IMG/VR virus record: IMGVR_UViG_3300016478_000097
Location: 1 to 34,762 of that record
Strand: one strand, 5' to 3'
DNA from: a virus
Lineage: Duplodnaviria > Caudoviricetes
DNA: 34,762 nt
Shown here: positions 1-8,640 of the stretch, one piece after another
Position numbering within the stretch: the stretch's first letter is position 1
Layout of the letters: every line of letters starts with the position of its first letter
Program-made: the position numbers and the translations under genes
The notes under the pieces: generated by a model
What the model was told of the DNA's origin: nothing
Databases searched by the model: none
What the model saw: the letters and a program-made list of their open reading frames with translations, nothing else

Positions 1-2
1 TT

Positions 3-206
3 GATAAGTCTGAATATTCAGATTCGGAATTGGAAGAATGGATTCTAGGATTAAATGAGCAACAATTGACTAGAATTGATGACTTCTTAAATAGGATTCC
101 TCATCTCAAGCATGAATTAAATTTCAAATGTCCTCATTGCAAAACAGAACAAAGCAGACTCGTGGAGGGTCTGCATAACTTTTTTCGTCTTGGTTCTCCT
201 TCATGA
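3..206 (+). CDS. 26: Baseplate hub subunit gp26-like, C-terminal part (truncated by window start)
   Basis: Manual translation DKSEYSDSELEEWILGLNEQQLTRIDDFLNRIPHLKHELNFKCPHCKTEQSRLVEGLHNFF...; CxxC and G-L-x-x-F-F end typical of gp26 homologues; lies upstream of gp51/gp29-like genes. Confidence 0.75.
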   Translation, partial: DKSEYSDSELEEWILGLNEQQLTRIDDFLNRIPHLKHELNFKCPHCKTEQSRLVEGLHNFFRLGSPS

Positions 207-366
207 TTCGTTAGAAGATTACTATAGACTCAATACAAAACTAATGATGAAATTTGGTATGGACATTGAAACACTAGATTCAATGTTCCCGTTTGAAAGG
301 GATGTGTATTTTCACCTAATATTAGCCGAAATAGAAAAGAGCAAGAAACAAAATGGCGCTGCCTAA
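190..366 (+). CDS. 51: Baseplate hub assembly protein gp51-like (start uncertain: TTG 190, ATG 244, or frameshift from gp26)
   Basis: Manual translation LVLLHDSLEDYYRLNTKLMMKFGMDIETLDSMFPFERDVYFHLILAEIEK; HDSL..YY and M.P.ER..Y motifs of T4-like gp51. Confidence 0.7.
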   Translation: MVLLHDSLEDYYRLNTKLMMKFGMDIETLDSMFPFERDVYFHLILAEIEKSKKQNGAA

Positions 367-2446
367 TATCAATAATACAAACGACCAGATACGAACGGGT
401 GATGATGTAATCAATGAACTTAGCGGTCTTAAAAAAATTACCGCTATTTTAAAAAATGACATTGAAGAATTGAAATCTCAGACTGTTAATCTGAATTCCT
501 CTACAAAAGGAATGTCTTCGATTATGAATAATATGATTGAGTCTATGTCAGACAATGATGAAGCAACTCCAAAAAAGTCTGATAATACATCCAATTTACT
601 TAACTTGGTTTTAGACAAACTTTCTAAACTGGGTTCTGGGGTTGGGTCGGAGATTCAAAAGACTGTTCCTATATTGAAGAAGTATATAGATGAATCTTTT
701 TCCGGTGATATTGTTAAATCAATACCAATCAATGAAACCAATAAACAAAATGAAAATTTAATCAATCTTATCAATGGAATTTATGATAAGATTAATTCTA
801 CTTTTGGTCCAAATTCAAATGAAGTTGAAAAGACTAAAAACCAGAATGATAGCGACGAAGTAAAAACATCAACTAAAGGCAAAATCGCATATAACAATGG
901 CGAGAAAGTTATATATCGTTCGCCAGATTCTGAAATTCCAGAAGGATTTGTTAAGGGAGGACTTTCTAAGGAACAACAGAAAAAGACAAAAGGCAAGGTA
1001 TTAGAGAATATCGTAAATTCGATGATTCAAACATCAAATACCAAACCAGACGAACCATCTGATAAAGTAAATGTTACATCATCATTAAATGACTCGATAG
1101 AAAAATTAATTGGTGGACAAGATAAATCCAATACTATTCTAACCAACATTGAAAAGACTCAGAATCAGTCTCTGGATGTTCTTAATAAAATTGAAGAAAA
1201 TTTATCAGCAGATAAAAAAATTTCTACTCAAGAGTCTGAAATTGAAGGACAGCAATCAAAGACAAAAAATGTAGAAATTAAGTCAGTTGATGGATCACCA
1301 AAGCAAGAAAAACTAGAAGATACTAAGAAACAAGAATCCGAACCACAAAAAGCAAGTGATTCTTCTGGTGGGTCTTCATTATTAGACAGTGCTCTCGGTG
1401 CTGCTACTGGAGTTGCTGGTGTTGGTGCTTTGGGTGGTATAGCTAAGAGTGCTGGTAATATTCTATCTAAAGTTCCGTTTAAGGGCGGTGCTGTTGGTGT
1501 TCTGGCTGGAAAGGGAATTGATCTTGTTGCTGATGCTGTTGGGAAGGATACTAAAACTGGTGCTGCATTGGATGTCGCATCAGACATAACTTCATATGCT
1601 TCAACTGGTGCTATGATAGGGTCTGTGATTCCGGGTGTTGGTACAGTTGCTGGGGGAGTTTTTGGTGGAATCGTAGGTGGTGCTGTTGGCTTAAACAGAA
1701 ACTGGGGAACCCTATTTGGTGGTGGAAATTCCGACGATGAAATTGTTGAGAACTTTTCTGAATACGATCTTAGTATGAACGATCCAGAAACTTTCAAAAA
1801 ATATAATGAATATAAAAAACAAAGAACAGAAGAATTATCTAAGGAAAAGCCAAAGGATGAGGCTCAAAATATTGCCAAGAGAGAAGCAATATTAAAGTTT
1901 GCTCCTGAGATAAAGAAATCTTCCAATAAGAATAAATCCGATAAAAAGACATCAACAGTAGAACCAAAAGAAATTAAAACAGTTGAAACAAGTCGGTCTG
2001 AAATGAATGCCACCATTTCAGAATCCGATTTAAAACAAAATTCTCCAGAAACATATAATCAATACAGTGAATATAAAGAACAGAAAAAACAGGAATATAT
2101 AAAAAGTGGGGATGCTGCTGATGTTGCAGAATCTCAAGCTAAAGCAGATGCTGTAAAAAAATTCTCAACAGAAATAAAATCTGTTAATGCTGGAAAAGTT
2201 CAACAACTTGATACAAAACAGACTAAAGAAGTATCAGCCGATAGAGCATCACAGTTAGAACAATCGCAGGATGAGTTAGACCGTATTGTTGCAGAAAAAC
2301 AACAAAAAACTCAAACATCTGAAAGCAATGCGCCAAGTATTATCAATAATAACAATAATACAACAAAGATGATACAAAGTAGACAAGCTACTAAAAATGA
2401 TGACTTTTCGTTCAACCGCTACATCGACAAAAGTTTTTTTGCTTGA
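353..2446 (+). CDS. Probable baseplate hub / tape-measure protein (gp29-like)
   Basis: Position after 26/51; long, low-complexity helical protein with a Gly/Ala-rich hydrophobic segment and a C-terminal NNNNN tract. Confidence 0.55.
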   Translation: MALPNINNTNDQIRTGDDVINELSGLKKITAILKNDIEELKSQTVNLNSSTKGMSSIMNNMIESMSDNDEATPKKSDNTSNLLNLVLDKLSKLGSGVGSEIQKTVPILKKYIDESFSGDIVKSIPINETNKQNENLINLINGIYDKINSTFGPNSNEVEKTKNQNDSDEVKTSTKGKIAYNNGEKVIYRSPDSEIPEGFVKGGLSKEQQKKTKGKVLENIVNSMIQTSNTKPDEPSDKVNVTSSLNDSIEKLIGGQDKSNTILTNIEKTQNQSLDVLNKIEENLSADKKISTQESEIEGQQSKTKNVEIKSVDGSPKQEKLEDTKKQESEPQKASDSSGGSSLLDSALGAATGVAGVGALGGIAKSAGNILSKVPFKGGAVGVLAGKGIDLVADAVGKDTKTGAALDVASDITSYASTGAMIGSVIPGVGTVAGGVFGGIVGGAVGLNRNWGTLFGGGNSDDEIVENFSEYDLSMNDPETFKKYNEYKKQRTEELSKEKPKDEAQNIAKREAILKFAPEIKKSSNKNKSDKKTSTVEPKEIKTVETSRSEMNATISESDLKQNSPETYNQYSEYKEQKKQEYIKSGDAADVAESQAKADAVKKFSTEIKSVNAGKVQQLDTKQTKEVSADRASQLEQSQDELDRIVAEKQQKTQTSESNAPSIINNNNNTTKMIQSRQATKNDDFSFNRYIDKSFFA

Positions 2447-2449
2447 TGC

Positions 2450-2477
2450 TTGACGAGCGACAAAAGTGTGGTAAGAT
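2450..2477 (+). promoter_or_regulatory. Sigma70-type early promoter TTGACG-16-TAAGAT with TGTGG extension
   Basis: Sequence match; shares the TGTGG-TAnnnT core with promoters at 26449, 26742 and 27436. Confidence 0.65.
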
Positions 2478-2512
2478 ACGCATATCAACCAACCACTCTA
2501 AAGGAGTTTATT

Positions 2513-2785
2513 ATGCGTAAAGTCGAAGTTATTCATCACATCATTGCCGACAACGGTTTCGGTGGTCTTGGTATTCTTGCCACTCATACCGAAGGTGATT
2601 CTTTCATTCGTGTTAGCACTGAGCCTTGTTCCAAGGCAGATCAGTATAGCAAGAAGATTGCTGTTGCATCTCTGAAGAAAAATCATGATGCTGGGGCATT
2701 CATCCGGGTTCCTGTTAATAAACAGCGAAATGTTACTCACCGTGAACTCCGAGATGTTGTAATCGGTATGTTTGCTATCTATTGA
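2513..2785 (+). CDS. Hypothetical early protein
   Basis: ATG 2513 preceded by AAGGAG SD and promoter; ORF-track start at 2450 lies inside the promoter. Confidence 0.7.
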   Translation: MRKVEVIHHIIADNGFGGLGILATHTEGDSFIRVSTEPCSKADQYSKKIAVASLKKNHDAGAFIRVPVNKQRNVTHRELRDVVIGMFAIY

Positions 2786-2789
2786 TGAT

Positions 2790-3080
2790 ATGATAAAATA
2801 CGTCATCTGTTCGATGGCGTTTCTTTGGGGGAATTCGCAAGCACAGTCCATTGAGATGCTTTGTGGTTCCCCTAAAGAATTTGCTGATATAATCAAAGAT
2901 AACGGAGAGATGCTTGTTGCAACAGGCAAATCTCTACAAGAAAAGAATGCTACTACTTATATCTGGCATAATCCAGAGACTAATAGCTATTCAATTCTGA
3001 TCAAGTTCAATAACTCAGATAAGGTCTGTGCTATTGATGGTGGTAAAAACTTTAAAATTTTGAAAAAGGTTTCGACATGA
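2790..3080 (+). CDS. Hypothetical exported protein
   Basis: Signal-peptide-like N-terminus; two Cys in the mature part; ATGA overlap with next gene. Confidence 0.65.
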   Translation: MIKYVICSMAFLWGNSQAQSIEMLCGSPKEFADIIKDNGEMLVATGKSLQEKNATTYIWHNPETNSYSILIKFNNSDKVCAIDGGKNFKILKKVST

Positions 3081-4165
3081 GTTCTGTGTTTTTTCGTTCT
3101 GGTAACATCTATACCGCTAGGTCTAATGAGTCCGTTGAAGTCCTTGAGACACTTCCAGTAGGAACATATATTATCAAAAAGAATGAAATGACTGGTGAAC
3201 TCTTTCTCCAGTCCACAGAAAATCTGGATGTTCCGGCTAAAATTTATGGATCGTCTCCAAAGGAACGTTCTAGCCGTATTATCAAGACTTTTCTTGAGCG
3301 TTTTGATTCCAATAAATCGACTGGTGTTCTCTTGAGTGGCGATAAAGGTTCTGGTAAGACCCTTCTAACTAAAGTGCTTTCACAGACTCTACGGAATCAA
3401 AATATCCCAACGATTGTTATCAACGTTCCTTGGTGTGGTCAGGCTTTCAATGAACTAATTGGACAGATCAAGCAGCCAGCTATGATTCTGTTTGACGAGT
3501 TCGAGAAGGTGTATGATGACGATGATCAGCAGAGCCTTCTGACTCTCTTGGACGGTACTGTTTCTTCGTCCAAGCTGTTCGTATTTACTACAAACGGGGA
3601 TAAGCTGAACGCTTATCTAACAAATCGTCCGGGACGCATTTATTATTCTTATAGCTATTCGGGAGTTGACTCTGACTTTCTACAAGAATATGCAGATGAT
3701 AAACTGAAGAATAAAGATCATATGAAGTCACTAAAAATGATTCATTCGACTTTTGCTTCGTTTACTTTTGATATGCTTTCGGCATTGATTGAGGAAATGA
3801 ATCGTTATGATGAGGATGCAACTCAGGCTATTAAGCATCTGAACATGGATATTTCTAGGGAATCTTCTACATATGAAGTTTCTGTTATTCTTGATGGCAA
3901 ACCTGTCAATAACAAGTTTTATCCTCAGATGATTTACAAGAATCCTCTGTATGTTCCGGGAGGACAAGAAGTTTCTATCTATGCCGACGACGATGACGAA
4001 AAGCTTAATATCAAGAAATTTACTCAGTTTGACCTAAGCGGGAAGAATCTGGTGAATATTTCGGATGGTGGAAACATGACTTTTGAACATCCATATGGGA
4101 AAAAGAAAATTTATATCATTCTGAACAAGTATTCCGCTTTTAGTTTCGACTACAGGGCTTTTTAA
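3077..4165 (+). CDS. AAA+ ATPase
   Basis: Walker A GDKGSGKT, Walker B MILFDE, sensor FTTN, RPGR arginine finger. Confidence 0.85.
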   Translation: MSSVFFRSGNIYTARSNESVEVLETLPVGTYIIKKNEMTGELFLQSTENLDVPAKIYGSSPKERSSRIIKTFLERFDSNKSTGVLLSGDKGSGKTLLTKVLSQTLRNQNIPTIVINVPWCGQAFNELIGQIKQPAMILFDEFEKVYDDDDQQSLLTLLDGTVSSSKLFVFTTNGDKLNAYLTNRPGRIYYSYSYSGVDSDFLQEYADDKLKNKDHMKSLKMIHSTFASFTFDMLSALIEEMNRYDEDATQAIKHLNMDISRESSTYEVSVILDGKPVNNKFYPQMIYKNPLYVPGGQEVSIYADDDDEKLNIKKFTQFDLSGKNLVNISDGGNMTFEHPYGKKKIYIILNKYSAFSFDYRAF

Positions 4166-4169
4166 GATT

Positions 4170-4203
4170 TGGGGACTTTGTGTCCCCATTTTTATGTTAT
4201 AAT
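4170..4203 (+). terminator. Intrinsic terminator overlapping an extended -10 (TGTTATAAT) for denV
   Basis: GGGGAC/GTCCCC stem + T run; TATAAT at 4198-4203. Confidence 0.6.
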
Positions 4204-4212
4204 CCATACATC

Positions 4213-4662
4213 ATGACACGAATCAACGCCGACCTTCATCCTTCAGTTCTTCTTGATGCTCATCTGTTTGCTGAACATCGGGAACTCCCTAGAATGTTTA
4301 CTCTGCTTAGGCAGAATCTTTCTTCCAAGACTAGAAATGAAATTCTGAAAAGCATTCCTTCCAGTTTTACTCTAAATACTGGTCATATGAAATTCTTTCT
4401 TGACAAGATGCTTTTCCTTCAGAAGCGGCATATTGCCTTGACTGAAGAACTCAAACAGCGCGGATACAATTTGTCCAATCAGGAAGAAATTTGTATTGAC
4501 GAATTCCCTACTGAGTTCAAAAATGATTGGAAGATGAATGCTTCTGATAAACAAATAATCATTCAAAGGATTATGGAAAAATATGACATGAAACCTAATT
4601 GGTACAAATATATGGGGGAACCCATTGATCGCAATACTTATCTGACTATTATTGGAGATTGA
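4213..4662 (+). CDS. denV: Pyrimidine-dimer DNA glycosylase / endonuclease V
   Basis: MTRIN N-terminus, HLFAEHRELPR, IP..FTL.TGH..FF..K, C-terminal KP.WY, as in T4 DenV. Confidence 0.92.
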   Translation: MTRINADLHPSVLLDAHLFAEHRELPRMFTLLRQNLSSKTRNEILKSIPSSFTLNTGHMKFFLDKMLFLQKRHIALTEELKQRGYNLSNQEEICIDEFPTEFKNDWKMNASDKQIIIQRIMEKYDMKPNWYKYMGEPIDRNTYLTIIGD

Positions 4663-5084
4663 AAATGACTCTTGCACTCATTGTTTATCTTATCTATTCT
4701 ATTTCCGCTATTCATGTATTTTTGAAGGTTGGATTGTTCATTACACTCATGACTCTTATTGTCACGTCTGCTATCAGACTTGCTAGAGAAGATTATTCTT
4801 GGCATTTTAATCGAGATGGCACGCTAAAGGATGAAATAAAGTCATTCAGGAATATGATTGATAAATCGATCAAATATTCAGCCATTATTGGAATTATTCT
4901 ATCAATTTTTATTACCATCATCCCATCTGAAAGGACTGCTTGGATGATGGTTGGTGCTTATACCGGACAGAAGATTGCAGAGAATGAAAAGGTTCAGCAA
5001 CTTTCAGGTAAAGTTGTAACTATCATTGAGAATAAGCTTGATGACTATATTAGTGAACAACTAGAAAAGGCTAATAAAAAATGA
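4659..5084 (+). CDS. Hypothetical membrane protein
   Basis: 2-3 hydrophobic segments; overlapping starts/stops with neighbours. Confidence 0.7.
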   Translation: MKMTLALIVYLIYSISAIHVFLKVGLFITLMTLIVTSAIRLAREDYSWHFNRDGTLKDEIKSFRNMIDKSIKYSAIIGIILSIFITIIPSERTAWMMVGAYTGQKIAENEKVQQLSGKVVTIIENKLDDYISEQLEKANKK

Positions 5085-5428
5085 CTACATATAAACCTGA
5101 TACATGGCTTGTAATTAAGTTTACTAGACCAGATGATGTTACGTATAAAGTTTTTGGTGGATGGTATGGCGGGTATGCTAAAGGAGATTCATGGCAATTG
5201 AATTCCGGCATTGAACATATCGAAGAAAATGAATTGTTTTATTTATTTCATGGATATTCAGGTTCAGTCTATGAATGCTATAAGGGATCAGAAAAACGAT
5301 TGACTATGTACCATCAAGGAATCATTTCATCATTCCAAGAATCGATTTATAAAGCTGGTGAAGGATACGCGATGGAAATTATTGAGTCGAATTCACCAGA
5401 ATTCGTTTCTCTTTTGAAAGGACTATAA
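5081..5428 (+). CDS. Conserved phage hypothetical protein
   Basis: PD.W...YKVFGGWYGGY..GDSW.LNSGI motif recognised as a common phage family; translational coupling. Confidence 0.75.
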   Translation: MTTYKPDTWLVIKFTRPDDVTYKVFGGWYGGYAKGDSWQLNSGIEHIEENELFYLFHGYSGSVYECYKGSEKRLTMYHQGIISSFQESIYKAGEGYAMEIIESNSPEFVSLLKGL

Positions 5429-5430
5429 TA

Positions 5431-5553
5431 ATGGATGTTATCTATATGATTATTGCAGCAGTATTAGGGATTATTGCTGGATATCAATTAGGTCTGCATG
5501 ATAAGGAATGGAAAGGGGAAATCGACAATGGCAACACAGGCTCTAGTGATTAA
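5431..5553 (+). CDS. Small single-TM protein (40 aa, not in ORF track)
   Basis: MDVIYMIIAAVLGIIAGYQLGLHDKEWKGEIDNGNTGSSD; AGGA SD upstream; fills the gap. Confidence 0.55.
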   Translation: MDVIYMIIAAVLGIIAGYQLGLHDKEWKGEIDNGNTGSSD

Positions 5554-5731
5554 AATATTGTTCAATATTTTCATGTTGTTGCTTGGCACTTTAATTACAT
5601 TTGGAGTTGGTTATTATGTTGGATACAAAGAAGGAAATCGATACTCGGGAAGTAATTCAGGTGGAATTAACAGAACACGAATTTTTTCTTCTCGCAAAAA
5701 TGGCACACGAATTGGATATGACTCTCAATAA
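5528..5731 (+). CDS. Small membrane protein
   Basis: AAGGGG SD; hydrophobic N-terminus; 3' end overlaps next ORF by 116 nt. Confidence 0.45.
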   Translation: MATQALVIKILFNIFMLLLGTLITFGVGYYVGYKEGNRYSGSNSGGINRTRIFSSRKNGTRIGYDSQ

Positions 5732-5786
5732 ATTTGTTGAGAAAATTTTACTTGACTTTCTAGAGAAGGAGTGTAATAATGGATGA
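5616..5786 (+). CDS. Small hypothetical protein (possible ribbon-helix-helix)
   Basis: GGAG SD; VELT..E...LA.MAHE.D.TLN..VE.IL pattern. Confidence 0.6.
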   Translation: MLDTKKEIDTREVIQVELTEHEFFLLAKMAHELDMTLNKFVEKILLDFLEKECNNG

Positions 5787-5967
5787 GAAGTACATGTACT
5801 ATGTTCAACCAGAAACACCTAAACCAAAATGGGGCTATACTGTTGGTGCAGTGATTGCAACATCAGCCCAAGAAGCTGTTATAATCGGGGAAGAGTTTGG
5901 TTCAAATTGTCGGATCGTATCTGGTCCGTATCGTCTATCAAAGGAGTGGCAAGCAAATGGCAAGTGA
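5779..5967 (+). CDS. Hypothetical protein
   Basis: AAGGAG SD; tiles with neighbours. Confidence 0.6.
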   Translation: MDEKYMYYVQPETPKPKWGYTVGAVIATSAQEAVIIGEEFGSNCRIVSGPYRLSKEWQANGK

Positions 5968-6097
5968 AGCAGGAAAAGGTTCTAAGCAACGTCCAACTGA
6001 TATGGATTCGTATCGAAATAACTATGATCTGATTTTTTCTAAGAAGAAAAAGGAAGAGTCCAAGGAAGTTCAACAACCAGCAGAAAAGAAGGAGTGA
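5957..6097 (+). CDS. Small basic protein (GKGSK.RP type)
   Basis: MASEAGKGSKQRPTD...Y..NYD.IF; AAGGAG SD. Confidence 0.65.
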   Translation: MASEAGKGSKQRPTDMDSYRNNYDLIFSKKKKEESKEVQQPAEKKE

Positions 6098-6100
6098 ATC

Positions 6101-6301
6101 ATGCAGCCTATGGCAACGTTTTCTATCAAGTCGGGTGATGTCAAGGGGTCTGTTATTTTCAAGAAGAAGGGATACTCAGTAACACTATCAGATAAGAAAC
6201 TGAATGTTGCTCTGAAGGAACATTCACTTGACGATGCTGAAGAACTGGTGTATGATTTCGTTATTGGCGGATCAAGCAACACATCTCAACAAACAAATTG
6301 A
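6101..6301 (+). CDS. Hypothetical protein
   Basis: AAGGAG SD; tiles with neighbours. Confidence 0.6.
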   Translation: MQPMATFSIKSGDVKGSVIFKKKGYSVTLSDKKLNVALKEHSLDDAEELVYDFVIGGSSNTSQQTN

Positions 6302-6316
6302 CAAGGAACCTATATT

Positions 6317-7075
6317 ATGAGTCGTGGAAAATATTCTCCGTGGTGTTACAGTTACAGTAATCGTCAAGGAAATACCGAATACATTTATAATTGTTATGGT
6401 GAAGTTCCTGTTGAATGGGATACAGACAATTATGATGAAAAGTTGATGTTTGGGAATTATGATTCAGAAGGATTTGATTCTTACGGCTATTCTGCATTCG
6501 ATGAGGATGGCAAATATGTTGGTATTGGTAGCGGAATTGACCGCTATGGTTATACTGAAAATGATTATCTGAGTATGTCGGATGACAAGTTTCAAGATGT
6601 TTCTGCATATGCTAAAGAAGTGATTGTGTTCAAGCGTGATCGTGATTCAGTTAAACCGATTGCGAAGAAGCGCAAAACTAAAGCACAAAAACAAGCAGAA
6701 ATCGAAATTGAGCGTATGAGTAAACTACAGAAAGACTGGGAAGACTTCAAAGCAGCATATCCAGTACGATTTGCTGCTCTGTTATTTGATTTCTCCAAAT
6801 TCAGCGCAACCGATTATAATCTTAATATAGTTCGTACCGATGATAACTATGAATTCTGTTGGAGGGTTGGTTGGAATCGTAAAGGAGTCGATCTGAAACC
6901 AGTTCCTCCGGTTGAACAGAATTGGCAATGCCTATATGATCTTGAATCGGCAGAATCTGCTATTCAGGAAGAGCGTGATAGGCTTGCAGAAGCAGAGCGT
7001 AAACAACAACTTCGTGAAACTGCTCTGAGTAAGTTGACTGATGAAGAAAAGAAAGCACTCGGGATTGAATCATGA
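6317..7075 (+). CDS. Hypothetical two-domain protein
   Basis: AAGGA SD; acidic D-x-x-G-Y/F repeats in the N-half, helical C-half. Confidence 0.8.
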   Translation: MSRGKYSPWCYSYSNRQGNTEYIYNCYGEVPVEWDTDNYDEKLMFGNYDSEGFDSYGYSAFDEDGKYVGIGSGIDRYGYTENDYLSMSDDKFQDVSAYAKEVIVFKRDRDSVKPIAKKRKTKAQKQAEIEIERMSKLQKDWEDFKAAYPVRFAALLFDFSKFSATDYNLNIVRTDDNYEFCWRVGWNRKGVDLKPVPPVEQNWQCLYDLESAESAIQEERDRLAEAERKQQLRETALSKLTDEEKKALGIES

Positions 7076-8157
7076 AAAATAATTTGTTTATCCCAAAGAA
7101 AATCAAAGTTGGTTTTCAAAATCGGTCCGACACATATACAGGAAAACTTGGATATGTCATTTATCAAGATGAAAAAGGTGAATGGCGCAAGGAAAAGTCA
7201 TGGAATTCGTGGCGCGACAAGAATATTCAAGAGGTCGAATTTGACAATAAGCCTATTAATGGGTTTGTTCTGAACAAAGGACTTCAACGAGTTTCATATC
7301 ATTGGGGTTCTGGTCGATCTGTCATTCGAGTTTATGACTCTAGGGATTTTGAATTTGAAGTCTCCGTTGATAATCTACTTGGAATCCTAACTCATTCTGA
7401 TGTTTCTAAGCGTGAAATCGTTGAAGAAATGGTTTTTGCTTGGGCAGGAACAGAACTCGTATTGCTTCCGGTTAATTCTGAAGCATATCAAGAATCTTTG
7501 AAATTTACTTCTAACCAAGATAAGAAGATTTCAACAAAAGACCTTAAACCCGGATTCCGATATACAAACAAGAAATCTGGAAAAGAATATATCTATATTG
7601 GCTTTTATAACTGGTGGGATTGGGACTATGGTTATGGTTATGGTTCTGATAGAAAGCATCTGAACAAAGGTAAGAAACATATCTTTGCTAACTATAATGA
7701 ATGGAAGAAATGGAGTTATTCTTGCCCAAGTATCAGCACTCTAATGGAGGTTGATTCAAACGAACCAGCAGATAACTATGCCGAATTGGCATCTGAATTT
7801 TTTCAAACAATTAACTCCAATAAAGTTGTTGATATTAGGTTTGAAAAGTATGATATACAACTAAAAGAAAATGGTTATAGCTATCATAAAATTTTTAGGT
7901 TTGTTGAAGATGATCCAACTAGCGTATATTATACTCATTATGCGGATACCACAAAAAATATAATTGAATTTGTGGAAACAATTAATTTTGACCTAGCAAA
8001 TTCAATAAAAATTACGACTTTTAGAAAGTCTAATCCAAGTTATTATTATCAATACAATAAACCATACTATACAGAACCTGTAGTTGACAAAAAAACTTAC
8101 TCATATAAAATATTTTTGATTCTTGAAAATGGAAAGGAAGTAGAATGGAAACCGTAA
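7072..8157 (+). CDS. Conserved phage hypothetical protein
   Basis: IPKKIKVGFQNRSDTYTGKLGYVIY N-terminus; long open frame; ATGA coupling. Confidence 0.8.
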   Translation: MKNNLFIPKKIKVGFQNRSDTYTGKLGYVIYQDEKGEWRKEKSWNSWRDKNIQEVEFDNKPINGFVLNKGLQRVSYHWGSGRSVIRVYDSRDFEFEVSVDNLLGILTHSDVSKREIVEEMVFAWAGTELVLLPVNSEAYQESLKFTSNQDKKISTKDLKPGFRYTNKKSGKEYIYIGFYNWWDWDYGYGYGSDRKHLNKGKKHIFANYNEWKKWSYSCPSISTLMEVDSNEPADNYAELASEFFQTINSNKVVDIRFEKYDIQLKENGYSYHKIFRFVEDDPTSVYYTHYADTTKNIIEFVETINFDLANSIKITTFRKSNPSYYYQYNKPYYTEPVVDKKTYSYKIFLILENGKEVEWKP

Positions 8158-8603
8158 AAACAATGGATGATATTATTCTTGAGCTAATGGAAAAGCTTAA
8201 AGAAAAGAAAAAAGAATTTGAAAAAGTTCAGTCTAATGCAACTAAATCATGGGTAACTAATTGCTCATATTCATTCAAACCAGATGGCACCGATAAGAAA
8301 AATCTGGTCGTAATGAATGAACAAGAAGTCGTTGCGTTGCTTGCTGATGTATTAATGCGAATTAGATTTCTGACTGAATCGACATTCGCATTGGGTCTTA
8401 AAATTGATACTCATCCTAAATTTCAAGGATATACATATGAACAATGGTTGACCGATTGTCAGAAACGAATCGCAGTAATTGGATTCAATTCTAAGAAGAA
8501 AGAAATTGAAGAAATGGAAGCAGCACTGAATTCGTTGGTATCTCCAGAATTGCAACGAAAAATTGCTCTGGAAGAACTAACTAAGAAAATTAGTTCGATG
8601 TGA
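8145..8603 (+). CDS. Hypothetical coiled-coil protein
   Basis: Overlaps previous gene; ends at terminator. Confidence 0.75.
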   Translation: METVKTMDDIILELMEKLKEKKKEFEKVQSNATKSWVTNCSYSFKPDGTDKKNLVVMNEQEVVALLADVLMRIRFLTESTFALGLKIDTHPKFQGYTYEQWLTDCQKRIAVIGFNSKKKEIEEMEAALNSLVSPELQRKIALEELTKKISSM

Positions 8604-8612
8604 AAAATAACT

Positions 8613-8640
8613 AAGGGACCATATGGTCCCTTTTGTTTTT
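8613..8640. terminator. Terminator between convergent genes
   Basis: AAGGGACC-ATAT-GGTCCCTT followed by T tract. Confidence 0.8.

Noticed and set aside
781-2929. Minus-strand ORFs 781..996, 1228..1797, 2276..2488 and 2498..2929, and similar antisense ORFs throughout the window
   Set aside because: Shadows of well-supported genes on the other strand; no SD or motifs.
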